Source: Lachnospiraceae bacterium (GTDB taxonomy: Bacteria > Bacillota > Clostridia > Lachnospirales > Lachnospiraceae). From it: 45,974 bases of DNA. The stretch spans positions 1-45,974 of the forward strand of contig JAFPHE010000033.1 in assembly GCA_017388745.1 (NCBI GenBank), in the 5' to 3' direction. Each line of letters starts with the position of its first letter. The stretch's first letter is position 1. Positions 8,042-17,492 of the stretch are shown here, piece by piece. Made by a program: the position numbers and the translations under genes. A model generated the notes under the pieces. It was not told where the DNA came from. It saw nothing but the letters and a program-made list of their open reading frames with translations, and made no database searches.

Positions 8042-8341
8042 ATGTTAAAGGTTGAGCAGTTTGAATTAAACGGAACAGCGCAGGGCGTATTTCTTCAGGC
8101 TCCCGGAGGAGAGGGACATCCGAATATGATCGTCGTGACCTGCAAGAAGGGTTATCTGATGTGCGGATATCTGAACCTTGCAGCAGCCGAGAAGTTCGGC
8201 GATGCAGCAGTTGTCGGCGGCGGCGCTGACTTCGATGCGATCCTTGCAAACCCGATCAAGGGCATGACCGCTGCAGCAGCTGAGCTGGGCGTAAAGGAAG
8301 GCATGACCGGCGCTCAGGCATGCGAAGTCCTGAACAAATAA
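8042..8341 (+). CDS. YunC-like DUF1805 domain protein
   Basis: Pattern MIVVTCKKGYLMCGYLNLAAAEKFGDAAV is typical of DUF1805. ATG 8042 is preceded by CAGGAGGA; the ORF-track start at 7994 has no RBS. Confidence 0.75.
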   Translation: MLKVEQFELNGTAQGVFLQAPGGEGHPNMIVVTCKKGYLMCGYLNLAAAEKFGDAAVVGGGADFDAILANPIKGMTAAAAELGVKEGMTGAQACEVLNK

Positions 8342-8432
8342 GGAAAAAGCTTTTATAGATCAATTGAGATCGAAGAGTCATAAACGAGCCGTGGAAGGAT
8401 CCGGGAACCATGGCACCTGATGGCTTGATAGG

Positions 8433-8467
8433 ACCCGCGGGGCATGATGCTCCGCGGGTTTTGTGTT
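8433..8467 (+). terminator. Rho-independent terminator after the DUF1805 gene
   Basis: ACCCGCGG (8433-8440) pairs with CCGCGGGT (8452-8459), then TTTTGTGTT. Confidence 0.65.
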
Positions 8468-8598
8468 CAAAGACGTCCGACATGACAGGCAGACACGGCC
8501 TTAAGACCGCCGCGTCACCTAAAGGCTTTGCGGTTGCTTTCATCCGGCACTTGGGTTATGATAGCACAAAAAGCTACAGAGAGTCAGTGTCAAAGACC

Positions 8599-8868
8599 AT
8601 GATCATACGCAGAGAATATCATTTTACAGGGATCGTACAGGGCGTGGGTTTCCGCTACAGGGCGCGTCATGCCGCAAACGGCATGGGGATCACCGGATGG
8701 GTCCGAAATGAGTGGGACGGTTCCGTTACGATGCAGGCGCAGGGAAGCGGATTTCAGCTTGACCGTCTGCTGGAGGCGGTGAACGGCGGCGACTATATCG
8801 TCATCGACGGGATAGAGTCGCGGGATCTGCCGTTAGAGGAGCATGAGTATGGGTTCCACGTCAGATAA
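8599..8868 (+). CDS. acyP: Acylphosphatase
   Basis: Signature GIVQGVGFRY...GITGWVRN...DGSV. The ORF-track extension back to 8410 lacks support. Confidence 0.85.
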   Translation: MIIRREYHFTGIVQGVGFRYRARHAANGMGITGWVRNEWDGSVTMQAQGSGFQLDRLLEAVNGGDYIVIDGIESRDLPLEEHEYGFHVR

Positions 8869-9529
8869 GGGGAATGCCGTTTTCCGTGATGCTGAAACCG
8901 GAAGAACAGCCGGTTCAGTCCGTGAGTGTATGCGGCAAATAAATGAGACAGGGTCGTCCGGTGAACTTCAGATCGAAATCATACGTTCTTCAAGAAAAAC
9001 CATTTCTCTCGAGATGAGACCGGGCGGGGTCCTCCGGGTCCGTGCACCGAAGCGGATGTCGGAAAAGGCGGTCATGGATGTGGTGGCAAAACACAGCCTC
9101 TGGATCACAAGACGGCTGAAAAAACAGCAGGAGCTCAGGGAAAAAGCCGGAGAGAGTATACAGAACGCCCTCGGTCCCGGGGAGCTTAAAGATCTCAGGA
9201 AAAAAGCACGGAAGATCTTTGCGGAACGCACGGAATACTATGCTCCGATCGTCGGAACTGATTACAAAAGCATCAGCATCCGTCTTCAGAAGTCACGCTT
9301 CGGGAGCGGTTCCGCAAAAGGCAACCTGAACTTCAACGCGGCACTTTTACTTGCGCCGCCGGAGGTGCTCGACTATGTCGTTGTACATGAGCTGTGCCAC
9401 CGTCTGGAGATGAACCACTCAGCAGAGTTCTGGCAGGAGGTGGAGAAGGTGCTTCCCGACTACCGCAGTTCAAAAAAGTGGCTGAAGGACAACGGCAGCC
9501 TGATCCTTGGACGCTGCGGCATAACATAA
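8849..9529 (+). CDS. YgjP-like metal-dependent hydrolase (DUF45 / M48-type HEXXH)
   Basis: C-terminal VVHELCHRLEMNHSAEFW zinc motif. ATG 8849 is preceded by GAGGAG and overlaps acyP by 20 nt; alternative starts are at 8843 and 8930. Confidence 0.8.
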   Translation: MGSTSDKGNAVFRDAETGRTAGSVRECMRQINETGSSGELQIEIIRSSRKTISLEMRPGGVLRVRAPKRMSEKAVMDVVAKHSLWITRRLKKQQELREKAGESIQNALGPGELKDLRKKARKIFAERTEYYAPIVGTDYKSISIRLQKSRFGSGSAKGNLNFNAALLLAPPEVLDYVVVHELCHRLEMNHSAEFWQEVEKVLPDYRSSKKWLKDNGSLILGRCGIT

Positions 9530-9877
9530 ACATTATTTACAATACTGATAACAGAAGCAATGATACTGCCTTGCATTTATCACATCACTGTGCTAAACTT
9601 AAAGGCAGTTTATTTTTAGAAGGGTTATTGCAATGAGAAAAGCGCTGTTGCTGACAGCAGAGCATAGCAGTGACGATCAGGCAGGGGAGATGCTGCTTTT
9701 CTTTTTGTATTCAACTTTTCAGTGATCTTTGGAGAGCCGGGTATTCCCCTGAGGATACTGCGGGTCTCTTTTCTTTACCTCTTTTGCCGGAAGAAAAGGC
9801 GGAAGGGGATGCAGCAGCTGCTGCCGCGGCTTAAGCCTTACGGCAGCAATTACGAATAAAAGGTAAGAAGGTAACCA

Positions 9878-10789
9878 ATGACAAGGTATATCATCAAGCG
9901 ACTGATCCTGGCGGTTCTGACAGTGTTCATCATCGCCGCCATAACGTTCTTTCTCATGCATGCGGTCCCCGGCGGTCCGTTCAACCGTGAGAAGGCGCTT
10001 TCCGAAGCGACTATCCAGGCACTTAACGAGAGATACGGTCTCGACAAGCCTCTGATCTCACAGTTTTTCCTGTATCTGCAGGGGATACTGCACGGTGATT
10101 TCGGCGTGTCCTTAAAGAACGGACGCGAGATCTCGGCGATCTTTGCCGAATCTTTCCCGATCTCCTGCAAGCTTGGTCTCATGGCGATCGCAGTGGCTCT
10201 TGTCACCGGAACGGTGCTCGGCTCTTTCGCTGCGCTTATGCGAAACAAACTGCCGGACAGGATCATTATTTTCCTGACGACCCTTCTTACTTCGATCCCG
10301 AGTTTCATCCTGGCGACATTCCTGCTGCTGATCTTCTGTATCGAGCTGGGCTGGGTGCCGGTATGGAGCGCCAATTCTAACAACTATATCCTGCCGGTCC
10401 TGGCGCTTGCGGCTTATCCAATGGCATATACGACGAGGCTTGCAAAGAGCAGTATGCTCGACGCACTCGGGCAGGACTATATCCGCACCGCGCGGGCGAA
10501 GGGCGTAAATAAGGCCATCATCATCTTCAAGCATGCGCTCCGCAACTCCCTGATCCCCGTCATCACCTATGCCGGCCCGCAGATCGCCTACATCATTACC
10601 GGATCGATGGTCATTGAACATGTTTTCACTATCGGAGGTATCGGCAGCAAGTTTGTCAGCGCCATCGGCAACCGTGACTACACGCTGATCATGGCAACGA
10701 CGATCTTCCTTGCAGTGCTCATGGTAGCGGCCACCCTGATCTGTGATATCGTTTACAAGATCGTTGACCCGAGGATCAAGTTTGACTAA
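9878..10789 (+). CDS. oppB: Peptide (Opp/Dpp family) ABC transporter permease
   Basis: N-terminus MTRYIIKRLILAV...FFLMHAVPGGPF and the EAA-loop region DYIRTARAKG are typical of OppB/DppB. Confidence 0.9.
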   Translation: MTRYIIKRLILAVLTVFIIAAITFFLMHAVPGGPFNREKALSEATIQALNERYGLDKPLISQFFLYLQGILHGDFGVSLKNGREISAIFAESFPISCKLGLMAIAVALVTGTVLGSFAALMRNKLPDRIIIFLTTLLTSIPSFILATFLLLIFCIELGWVPVWSANSNNYILPVLALAAYPMAYTTRLAKSSMLDALGQDYIRTARAKGVNKAIIIFKHALRNSLIPVITYAGPQIAYIITGSMVIEHVFTIGGIGSKFVSAIGNRDYTLIMATTIFLAVLMVAATLICDIVYKIVDPRIKFD

Positions 10790-10878
10790 ACGACAGACAG
10801 CATTTGACTTTTGAAATATCATGCCTCATCACGGCGACCTGTGCATGAGGCATACAGATAGAAGAGAGTAATCATCTT

Positions 10879-11958
10879 ATGGATAATCAGTATAATCCCA
10901 ACGAAACACCTGAAAAGCGCGCTTTCAGCATGCAGCTGGATCCGGCAATGTTCGAAAAGGCTACGGATGAGGAGAAACAGCAGCAGGAAGTCATGAGCGA
11001 GTCCACGACTTTCTTCCGTGACGGAATGCGCCGTCTGAGAAAGAATAAACTCTCCATGTTCGGCATCATCGTTCTGTTCGCGATCCTTATCGGCATCACG
11101 GCTGCTCCGCATGTCGTTCCTTACGGCTATGAGGAGATCCTTTCCGTCGAGGGCAAACGTGACAAAGGGGCGAAGAATTTAAAACCCTTCGAATACAGCA
11201 AGATGGAAAAACAGTATATCGCGAAGGGCGGTGAGAGATTTCCGCATATTTTCGGTACCGACGAGCAGTGCCGTGATTACTTCATCCGTGTCATATACGG
11301 AACCCGTGTCAGTCTGACGGTCGGCTTTTTCGCGAGCATCATCGTCCTCATCATCGGTATGCTTTACGGCAGTATCTCGGGGTATGTAGGCGGAAGGGTC
11401 GATATGATCATGATGCGTATCGTGGACGTCATATATTCGCTGCCGGATATGCTGATGGTCATCCTGCTCTCGGTCGTACTTGGCCCGCTGATCACGCTGC
11501 CCAAGGAGTCATTCCTGGGCAAGATGGGACCGAACATGCTGTCACTGTTTATCGTCTTCGGCCTGCTCTACTGGGTCGGCATGGCAAGACTGATCCGCGG
11601 CCAGATCCTTTCCATCAAGGAAAATGACTATATCCTTGCGGCACAGTCTACCGGCGCTTCCGCCGGGCGGATCATCCGAAAGCACATCATACCGAACTGC
11701 CTGTCGGTCATCATCGTTTCGACAGCGCTCCAGATCCCGTCCGCGATCTTTACGGAAAGCTATCTTTCCTTTATCGGACTCGGCGTACAGGCACCGATGC
11801 CTTCATTGGGCTCCCTTGCAAATGCAGCCCGCGGCGGTATCAGCTCGTATCCCTATAAACTTGTATTTCCGTCGATCATGATCTGTCTCATCGTGCTGAG
11901 TCTCAACCTGCTCGGCGACGGTCTCCGGGACGCCTTTGATCCGAAGCTCAGAAGATAA
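10879..11958 (+). CDS. oppC: Peptide (Opp/Dpp family) ABC transporter permease
   Basis: OppC-type N-terminal extension, hydrophobic core, and EAA-like DYILAAQSTGAS motif. Confidence 0.9.
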   Translation: MDNQYNPNETPEKRAFSMQLDPAMFEKATDEEKQQQEVMSESTTFFRDGMRRLRKNKLSMFGIIVLFAILIGITAAPHVVPYGYEEILSVEGKRDKGAKNLKPFEYSKMEKQYIAKGGERFPHIFGTDEQCRDYFIRVIYGTRVSLTVGFFASIIVLIIGMLYGSISGYVGGRVDMIMMRIVDVIYSLPDMLMVILLSVVLGPLITLPKESFLGKMGPNMLSLFIVFGLLYWVGMARLIRGQILSIKENDYILAAQSTGASAGRIIRKHIIPNCLSVIIVSTALQIPSAIFTESYLSFIGLGVQAPMPSLGSLANAARGGISSYPYKLVFPSIMICLIVLSLNLLGDGLRDAFDPKLRR

Positions 11959-11972
11959 CGGGGTGGCAGACT

Positions 11973-13004
11973 ATGAAAAAATATGAACACTTGCTCAGTG
12001 TGCATGATCTGCACACGACATTTACAACAGATAACGGCGAGGTCCATGCGGTCAACGGCGTATCATTCAATCTGGACGCCCATAAGGTGCTCGGCATCGT
12101 CGGCGAGTCGGGTTCCGGCAAGTCGGTCACGGCATATTCCGTGATGCAGATCCTGGCGGAAAACGGAAGGATCTCCGGCGGCAGCATCATTTATAAAGGA
12201 GAAGACATCTCCAAATGGGACGAAAAGAAGATGGCTGGTTTCCGCGGAAAGAACTGTTCCATCATTTTCCAGGACCCGATGACTTCACTGAATCCGGTCT
12301 TTACGGTCGGCAATCAGCTCATGGAAGCGATCACGCTCCACACCGACAAGCGCGGCGCCGCGGCAAGGGCGCGGGCGGTCGAGATGCTGGAACTGGTCGG
12401 AATCAACGAGCCGGAGAAGCGTTTAAAGCAGTATCCGTTCGAGCTTTCCGGCGGTATGCGCCAGAGAGTCATGATCGCCATGGCACTGGCCTGCGAGCCG
12501 GACATCCTGATCGCGGATGAACCGACGACGGCGCTGGATGTAACGATACAGGCACAGATCCTCGAACTGATGCTGGATATCCAGAAGAAGCTCGGAATGG
12601 CGATCATTATGGTCACCCATGATCTGGGCGTTATTGCCGAGATGTGTGACGAGATCATCGTCATGTACGGCGGCCGTGTCTGTGAGCGCGGTACGGCGGA
12701 CGAGATCTTCTATAATCCGAAACACGAATATACCAAAGGACTGCTGCATTCGATCCCGAGCGTAAAAGGCTCGAGGGAAAAGCTCCAGCCGATCGAAGGA
12801 ACTCCGATCAACATGCTGAATATGCCGAAGGGCTGCGCTTTCTGCCCGCGGTGCAAGGAAGCCATGAAGATCTGTCTTGAAGCGGTTCCGGAAGAATTGT
12901 TTATCAATCAGGATCATGCGGCGGCGTGCTGGATCAATGTCCGTGACGGGATCACGGGCGGACCTGCCGTTCAGAAAGAAGAGGAGGTGGTAACAAATGG
13001 CTGA
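11973..13004 (+). CDS. oppD: Peptide ABC transporter ATP-binding protein
   Basis: Walker A GESGSGKS; signature LSGGMRQR; Walker [13 protein letters not shown]; C-terminal oligopeptide-type Cys motif (CAFCPRC). Confidence 0.92.
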   Translation: MKKYEHLLSVHDLHTTFTTDNGEVHAVNGVSFNLDAHKVLGIVGESGSGKSVTAYSVMQILAENGRISGGSIIYKGEDISKWDEKKMAGFRGKNCSIIFQDPMTSLNPVFTVGNQLMEAITLHTDKRGAAARARAVEMLELVGINEPEKRLKQYPFELSGGMRQRVMIAMALACEPDILIADEPTTALDVTIQAQILELMLDIQKKLGMAIIMVTHDLGVIAEMCDEIIVMYGGRVCERGTADEIFYNPKHEYTKGLLHSIPSVKGSREKLQPIEGTPINMLNMPKGCAFCPRCKEAMKICLEAVPEELFINQDHAAACWINVRDGITGGPAVQKEEEVVTNG

Positions 13005-13956
13005 GCATCTGCTGGAAGTTGAACACCTCAAACAGTATTTCCCGGTCAGGGACGGATGGTTTTCAACCAAGCCTCTGAAAGCCGTTGATGACGTCTCTTT
13101 TTCGATCGATCCCGGTGAGACCCTTGGCCTTGTCGGCGAGTCCGGCTGCGGCAAGACGACTGTCGGAAGAAGTATTCTCAGACTTTATGAGCCGACAGAC
13201 GGAGTAGTCCGTTTCGAAGGCGAGGAAGTGAATTCCCGCAACATCCATCAGCTCAGGCGCAAAATGCAGATGGTGTTCCAGGATCCGTATTCATCGCTCA
13301 ACCCCCGTATGACGGTCGAGGACATCATCGGAGAGCCGCTGGATGTCCATCATCTGTATCAGGGCCGCGGCGAGCGCCGTGACAAGATCCTGGAACTGAT
13401 GGGACTCGTCGGACTGAACGCAGAACATGCGACCCGTTATGCGCATGAGTTTTCGGGAGGACAGCGCCAGCGTATCGGTATCGCGAGAGCACTCGCGGTC
13501 AATCCCAAGTTCATCGTCTGCGATGAGCCGGTGTCCGCACTGGACGTGTCCATTCAGGCACAGGTCATCAACATGTTTGAAGAACTGCAGGAGAAGCTGG
13601 GCGTGGCATACCTTTTCATTGCCCATGACCTTCTTGTCGTACGTCATATTTCCAAAAATATCGCGGTCATGTATCTCGGACATATGGTCGAGACTGCAGA
13701 GGCGAACGAACTGATGGACCATCCGATCCACCCGTATACTGAATCCCTGCTTTCCGCCGTGCCGATCCCGGATCCGAAGATCGCGAGACAGAAGAAGAGG
13801 ATCATGCTCGAAGGAAACGTACCGAGCCCCCTGAACATGCCGACCGGATGTCCTTTCCGTACCCGCTGCAATTATGCGACGGACCGCTGTGCGGAAGCGT
13901 GCCCGGAACTCACCGATCGCGGCAACGGCCATAAGGTCGCATGCTGGAACCGGTAA
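12997..13956 (+). CDS. oppF: Peptide ABC transporter ATP-binding protein
   Basis: Walker A GESGCGKT; signature FSGGQRQR; Walker [13 protein letters not shown]; C-terminal CPFRTRC motif. Overlaps oppD by 8 nt. Confidence 0.92.
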   Translation: MAEHLLEVEHLKQYFPVRDGWFSTKPLKAVDDVSFSIDPGETLGLVGESGCGKTTVGRSILRLYEPTDGVVRFEGEEVNSRNIHQLRRKMQMVFQDPYSSLNPRMTVEDIIGEPLDVHHLYQGRGERRDKILELMGLVGLNAEHATRYAHEFSGGQRQRIGIARALAVNPKFIVCDEPVSALDVSIQAQVINMFEELQEKLGVAYLFIAHDLLVVRHISKNIAVMYLGHMVETAEANELMDHPIHPYTESLLSAVPIPDPKIARQKKRIMLEGNVPSPLNMPTGCPFRTRCNYATDRCAEACPELTDRGNGHKVACWNR

Positions 13957-14092
13957 ACATGCTTTATTGCATGCAGATGCTTTTGCTCCGGAATAATTCG
14001 GGAGCAGAGTACTGCAGATCTAATAAAGAAAACAAATCTTCGGGCCAGTTCATGACCCGGACAAGTATTCTCAAAGGAGGAAAAGAAACACT

Positions 14093-15928
14093 ATGAAAAA
14101 GCAACTTGCACTTGTTCTTGCTGCAGTCATGGTAAGTGCTTCTCTGGCAGCCTGCGGATCAAGCGGCGGCGCAGCTGAGACCACGGCAGCTCCGGCAGCT
14201 ACCGAGGCACCTGCAGAGACCGAAGCGGCTGAGACTGAAGCGGCTGAGACTGAAGCGGCAGAGACCGAGGCTGCAGAAGCAGCTGAAGAAGCTCCCGATG
14301 CAGCAGCTCTTGTCAGCGACGCATTTATTGATCCGGTCAATGACTGGGCAAAGTATGACGAGCTGATCGCTGAGATCAAGGCGGAGACCGACATGGCTCA
14401 CCGTACTGAGCTGATGCATCAGGCAGAGGACATCCTTATGTCCAACTACGCTGTTATTCCGGTCTACTATTACAATGACCTCTACATGGAGAAGGACTAT
14501 GTCAAGGGCGTATATGCAAATGCATTCGCAACCAAGTTCTTCATGTATGCCGAGCTTGAGAACGGTTCCGACACCCTTCGTCTGAACCTTGCTTCCGAGC
14601 CGGATTACCTTGATCCTGCTCTGAACTCTTCCGTAGACGGTGCCTGCCTTGCGGCGAACTCCTTCTCCGGTCTTTATACCTATGACTCAGAAGGCAAGCC
14701 GGTTCCGGCATGCGCTGAGAGCTATGAGGTATCCGAGGACGGCCTGACCTACACCGTTAAGCTGAAGGAAGGCCTTAAGTGGTCCGACGGTTCCGATCTT
14801 ACCGCAAACGATTTTGTTTACAGCTGGAAGAGAGCTACCGATCCCAAGACCGCTGCTGACTACGAGTACATGTTCTCCGGTTTCGACGGATATGGCGACG
14901 GCAACATCAATGTTACCGCGATTGACGACACCACTCTTGAATTCGTCCTTGCTGCTCCGTGCGCATACATGGAAGACCTGATGGCATTCCCGACCTTCTA
15001 TCCGGTCAAGCAGGAAGCTGTCGAGTCCTATGCGGACTGGGAGACCACCCCGGGCGGATGGTGCCAGGAAGCAGGTTTCGTTTCCAACGGCGCATATGTC
15101 TGCACCGGCTGGAACCATGACACCTCTATGACCTATGAGAAGAACCCGTATTTCTGGGATGCTGACAATGTCAAGATCGAAAAGCTTGAGTTCATGCTTT
15201 CCGCAGATGACACCGCTATCTACTCTGCATACAATGCAGGCGACGTCGACTTTATCGACACTGTTCCGACCGACGAGGTCCAGACCCTGATCGACTCCCA
15301 GAATCCGGAGTTCAAGATCATCGACGAGCTCGGCACATACTACATCGCATTCAACGTCAACTCCAAGCTCTTCGAAGGCAAGACCCCGGAGCAGGCAGCA
15401 TGCATGCGTGAGGCTATCAACCTCCTCATCGACAGAGACTATATCGTTGAGAACATCGGCCAGACCGGACAGGTCATCGCTACCTCCTACATCCCGCTTG
15501 GCATGATGGACGGCAACGGCGGTATCTTCAAGGATGATCCGGCAGTAGGATACTATGACGCATATGCGATCAACAATGACTACGAGGGAACCATCGCAAA
15601 GGCTACCGAGCTGATGAAGGCGGCGGGCTTCGAGTTCGACGAGGACGGCACGCTTTCCGATGCTACCCCGCTTGAAATCGAGTACCTGACCAACGAGAGC
15701 TCAGGACACGTTGCGATCGCAGAGTCCCTGCAGCAGGACCTTGACGCTATCGGCATCAAGATCTCCATCCAGGTTCAGGACTGGAACGTCTTCCTTGAGG
15801 AGCGTAAGAACGGTAACTTCGATATGGCACGTGAAGGCTGGATCGCTGACTTCAACGACCCGATCAACATGCTTGAGATGTTCACCACCACTTCCGGCAA
15901 CAACGACCCGCAGTACGGCCGCAAGTGA
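14093..15928 (+). CDS. oppA: Peptide ABC transporter substrate-binding lipoprotein (SBP family 5), apparently circularly permuted
   Basis: Signal peptide plus lipobox LAAC/GS; Ala/Glu/Thr/Pro linker; family-5 core (LRLNLASEPDYLDPALNSS ... GWIADFNDPINMLEMF). See the finding on domain order. Confidence 0.9.
   Translation: MKKQLALVLAAVMVSASLAACGSSGGAAETTAAPAATEAPAETEAAETEAAETEAAETEAAEAAEEAPDAAALVSDAFIDPVNDWAKYDELIAEIKAETDMAHRTELMHQAEDILMSNYAVIPVYYYNDLYMEKDYVKGVYANAFATKFFMYAELENGSDTLRLNLASEPDYLDPALNSSVDGACLAANSFSGLYTYDSEGKPVPACAESYEVSEDGLTYTVKLKEGLKWSDGSDLTANDFVYSWKRATDPKTAADYEYMFSGFDGYGDGNINVTAIDDTTLEFVLAAPCAYMEDLMAFPTFYPVKQEAVESYADWETTPGGWCQEAGFVSNGAYVCTGWNHDTSMTYEKNPYFWDADNVKIEKLEFMLSADDTAIYSAYNAGDVDFIDTVPTDEVQTLIDSQNPEFKIIDELGTYYIAFNVNSKLFEGKTPEQAACMREAINLLIDRDYIVENIGQTGQVIATSYIPLGMMDGNGGIFKDDPAVGYYDAYAINNDYEGTIAKATELMKAAGFEFDEDGTLSDATPLEIEYLTNESSGHVAIAESLQQDLDAIGIKISIQVQDWNVFLEERKNGNFDMAREGWIADFNDPINMLEMFTTTSGNNDPQYGRK
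14216..14275 (+). repeat. 4 x 15-bp in-frame tandem repeat encoding (ETEAA)4 in the OppA lipoprotein linker
   Basis: GAGACCGAAGCGGCT / GAGACTGAAGCGGCT / GAGACTGAAGCGGCA / GAGACCGAGGCTGCA, read directly from the sequence. Confidence 0.9.
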
Positions 15929-15985
15929 TCCGGTAAGTGATGCGCATCAGAACAGATGCGCCATGATCTCAAAGATCGACAGAGT

Positions 15986-16024
15986 ACACCCGGTTATGTT
16001 TCAATGCATAACCGGGTGTTTTGT
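15986..16024 (+). terminator. Rho-independent terminator after oppA
   Basis: ACACCCGGTTATG (15986-15998) pairs with CATAACCGGGTGT (16007-16019), then TTTTGT. Confidence 0.8.
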
Positions 16025-16179
16025 ATAATCAGCAATAGCATCTTGTGCATAATGTTGGAAAGCGGAACGAAATAACGATAATGTATTAACAGATTTGCTG
16101 AAAATGTGTTATACTGTGATCGGAAATATGGATTTCGTAGAAAAATCTCATATAGCATGATCAGTAAAGGAGGAAACCC

Positions 16180-16551
16180 ATGGGCAAATTTGTTGTATCA
16201 CAGGCAAAAACAGGCATCAAGTTCAATCTGAAGGCATCAAACGGCCAGATCATCGCGACCTCACAGGTCTATAAATCCCTGAAGAGCTGTCTTGCGGGCG
16301 TACAGAGCGTGATCACCAACAGTGCGGTCGCACCGGTAGAAGACCAGACAGTCGAAGGCTTCAAAGCCGAGAAATGCCCTAAGTTCGAGGTCTATACCGA
16401 TAAAGCCGGCGAGACCCGTTTCCGCCTGAAGGCAAAGAACGGCCAGATCATTGCGACGGGCGAAGGATATAAGTCTCTGAAGTCCTGCCTGAACGGTATC
16501 GAGAGTATCCGCAAGAATGCGGCGGCGGGAGAGGTCGTACAGGATCTGTAA
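16180..16551 (+). CDS. YegP-family protein (two tandem DUF1508 repeats)
   Basis: Internal duplication: KFNLKASNGQIIATSQVYKSLKSCLAGVQSV and RFRLKAKNGQIIATGEGYKSLKSCLNGIESI. RBS AAAGGAGG. Confidence 0.85.
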   Translation: MGKFVVSQAKTGIKFNLKASNGQIIATSQVYKSLKSCLAGVQSVITNSAVAPVEDQTVEGFKAEKCPKFEVYTDKAGETRFRLKAKNGQIIATGEGYKSLKSCLNGIESIRKNAAAGEVVQDL

Positions 16552-16602
16552 TGCCGGGAGCAGCTGCTGTCTGATACGGCATGTCACTGCTGACCGGAAC
16601 AT

Positions 16603-17295
16603 TCAGTCCTGCGGCACCATCTCTGCGACTTCAAGTACATCGCCGCGGACATAGAAACGAACGTCATAATTGCAGTAATAGAATCCGTAGCGGCGTTTGC
16701 CGTCATTGTCCGCGTCATAGCGGGGACGGGGGTCCGCACGCAACACTTCATACAAAGCTTCCTGCTGCGATGAGCTCAGGGAGCTTTTTCTGATGAGTTC
16801 TTTCGGATCCGTCACGGTGAGATCCTGGAACGGTGTTTCGGCAACGAAACCGTTCCTTGCATCGGGGTGGGAATCATAAATGCTGATATAAGGTTTGATA
16901 TCGTAGACAGGGGTGCCGTCCATCATATCGATGCCTGAAACGTGAAGCACGGGGCCTTTGTCTTCTGTCATCTCGATCCTGTCAAGCCGTACGGAACTTA
17001 AGCCGATGCTGTTCGGCCGGAAAGGGGAGCGGGTCGCCCATACGCCTACGTGCGTCCTGCCTCCGAGCCTCGGCGGCTTGGACGTGGCTGACCAGTCTTC
17101 CCGGTGCGCGAGGGAAAAATCCCACAAAAGCCACAGGTGGCTGAAACCGTCAAGCCCCTTCACGCCCTCAGGGTTGCGATAATAAGGCTCAAAAACAATG
17201 CGGCCTTTCAGTCCTTCTACAAGACCGCTCTGCCTCGGCAGACCGAACTTGGTCGGAAAATCCGTATAAATATGTGCTACCGGTCTGATCTCCAT
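16603..17295 (-). CDS. trmO: tRNA (N6-threonylcarbamoyladenosine(37)-N6)-methyltransferase TrmO (TsaA family)
   Basis: N-terminus MEIRPVAHIYTDFPTKFGLPRQSG...FSHLWLLWDF matches the TsaA-like domain. ATG 17295 is preceded by GAGGAGG; the ORF track starts 48 nt further upstream. Confidence 0.85.
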   Translation of the reverse strand: MEIRPVAHIYTDFPTKFGLPRQSGLVEGLKGRIVFEPYYRNPEGVKGLDGFSHLWLLWDFSLAHREDWSATSKPPRLGGRTHVGVWATRSPFRPNSIGLSSVRLDRIEMTEDKGPVLHVSGIDMMDGTPVYDIKPYISIYDSHPDARNGFVAETPFQDLTVTDPKELIRKSSLSSSQQEALYEVLRADPRPRYDADNDGKRRYGFYYCNYDVRFYVRGDVLEVAEMVPQD

Positions 17296-17492
17296 CCGGG
17301 AACCTCCTCGAAATATTTGAAGTATGCAGTGATTCAAAAACATAGTAGAAGCTGTTAAAGACAGCGTTTACGCGCTTTGCCGTGGTTTTGCTTTTCAATG
17401 CGGCGCGGTTATGATAAAATCAGCTGTACTGATATTAGAGTCTATCATAAAGGCGGCAGGCGGTTCAAGAGCCGCCGGGAGGAGATACAGTT

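Noticed and set aside
8410-8598. Upstream in-frame extensions in the ORF track: 7994-8041, 8410-8598, 16603..17343 (extra 48 nt), 31788..32288 (extra 69 nt), 36206-36349, 39150-39302.
   Set aside because: - The extensions lack an RBS, overlap the preceding gene or a terminator, and add non-homologous residues.
- In each case an internal start with a GGAGG-type RBS matches the family N-terminus.
14216-14275. Tandem 15-bp repeats considered as a possible CRISPR or minisatellite array.
   Set aside because: The repeats are contiguous with no spacers, in-frame inside a CDS, and encode a low-complexity linker.
14093-15928. OppA as a 3'-truncated pseudogene, because it lacks the usual C-terminal segment.
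   Set aside because: - The missing segment is present in-frame at the N-terminus after an intact signal peptide and lipobox.
- The ORF is uninterrupted, has a strong RBS, and is followed by a proper terminator.
- A circular permutation explains all of this better.
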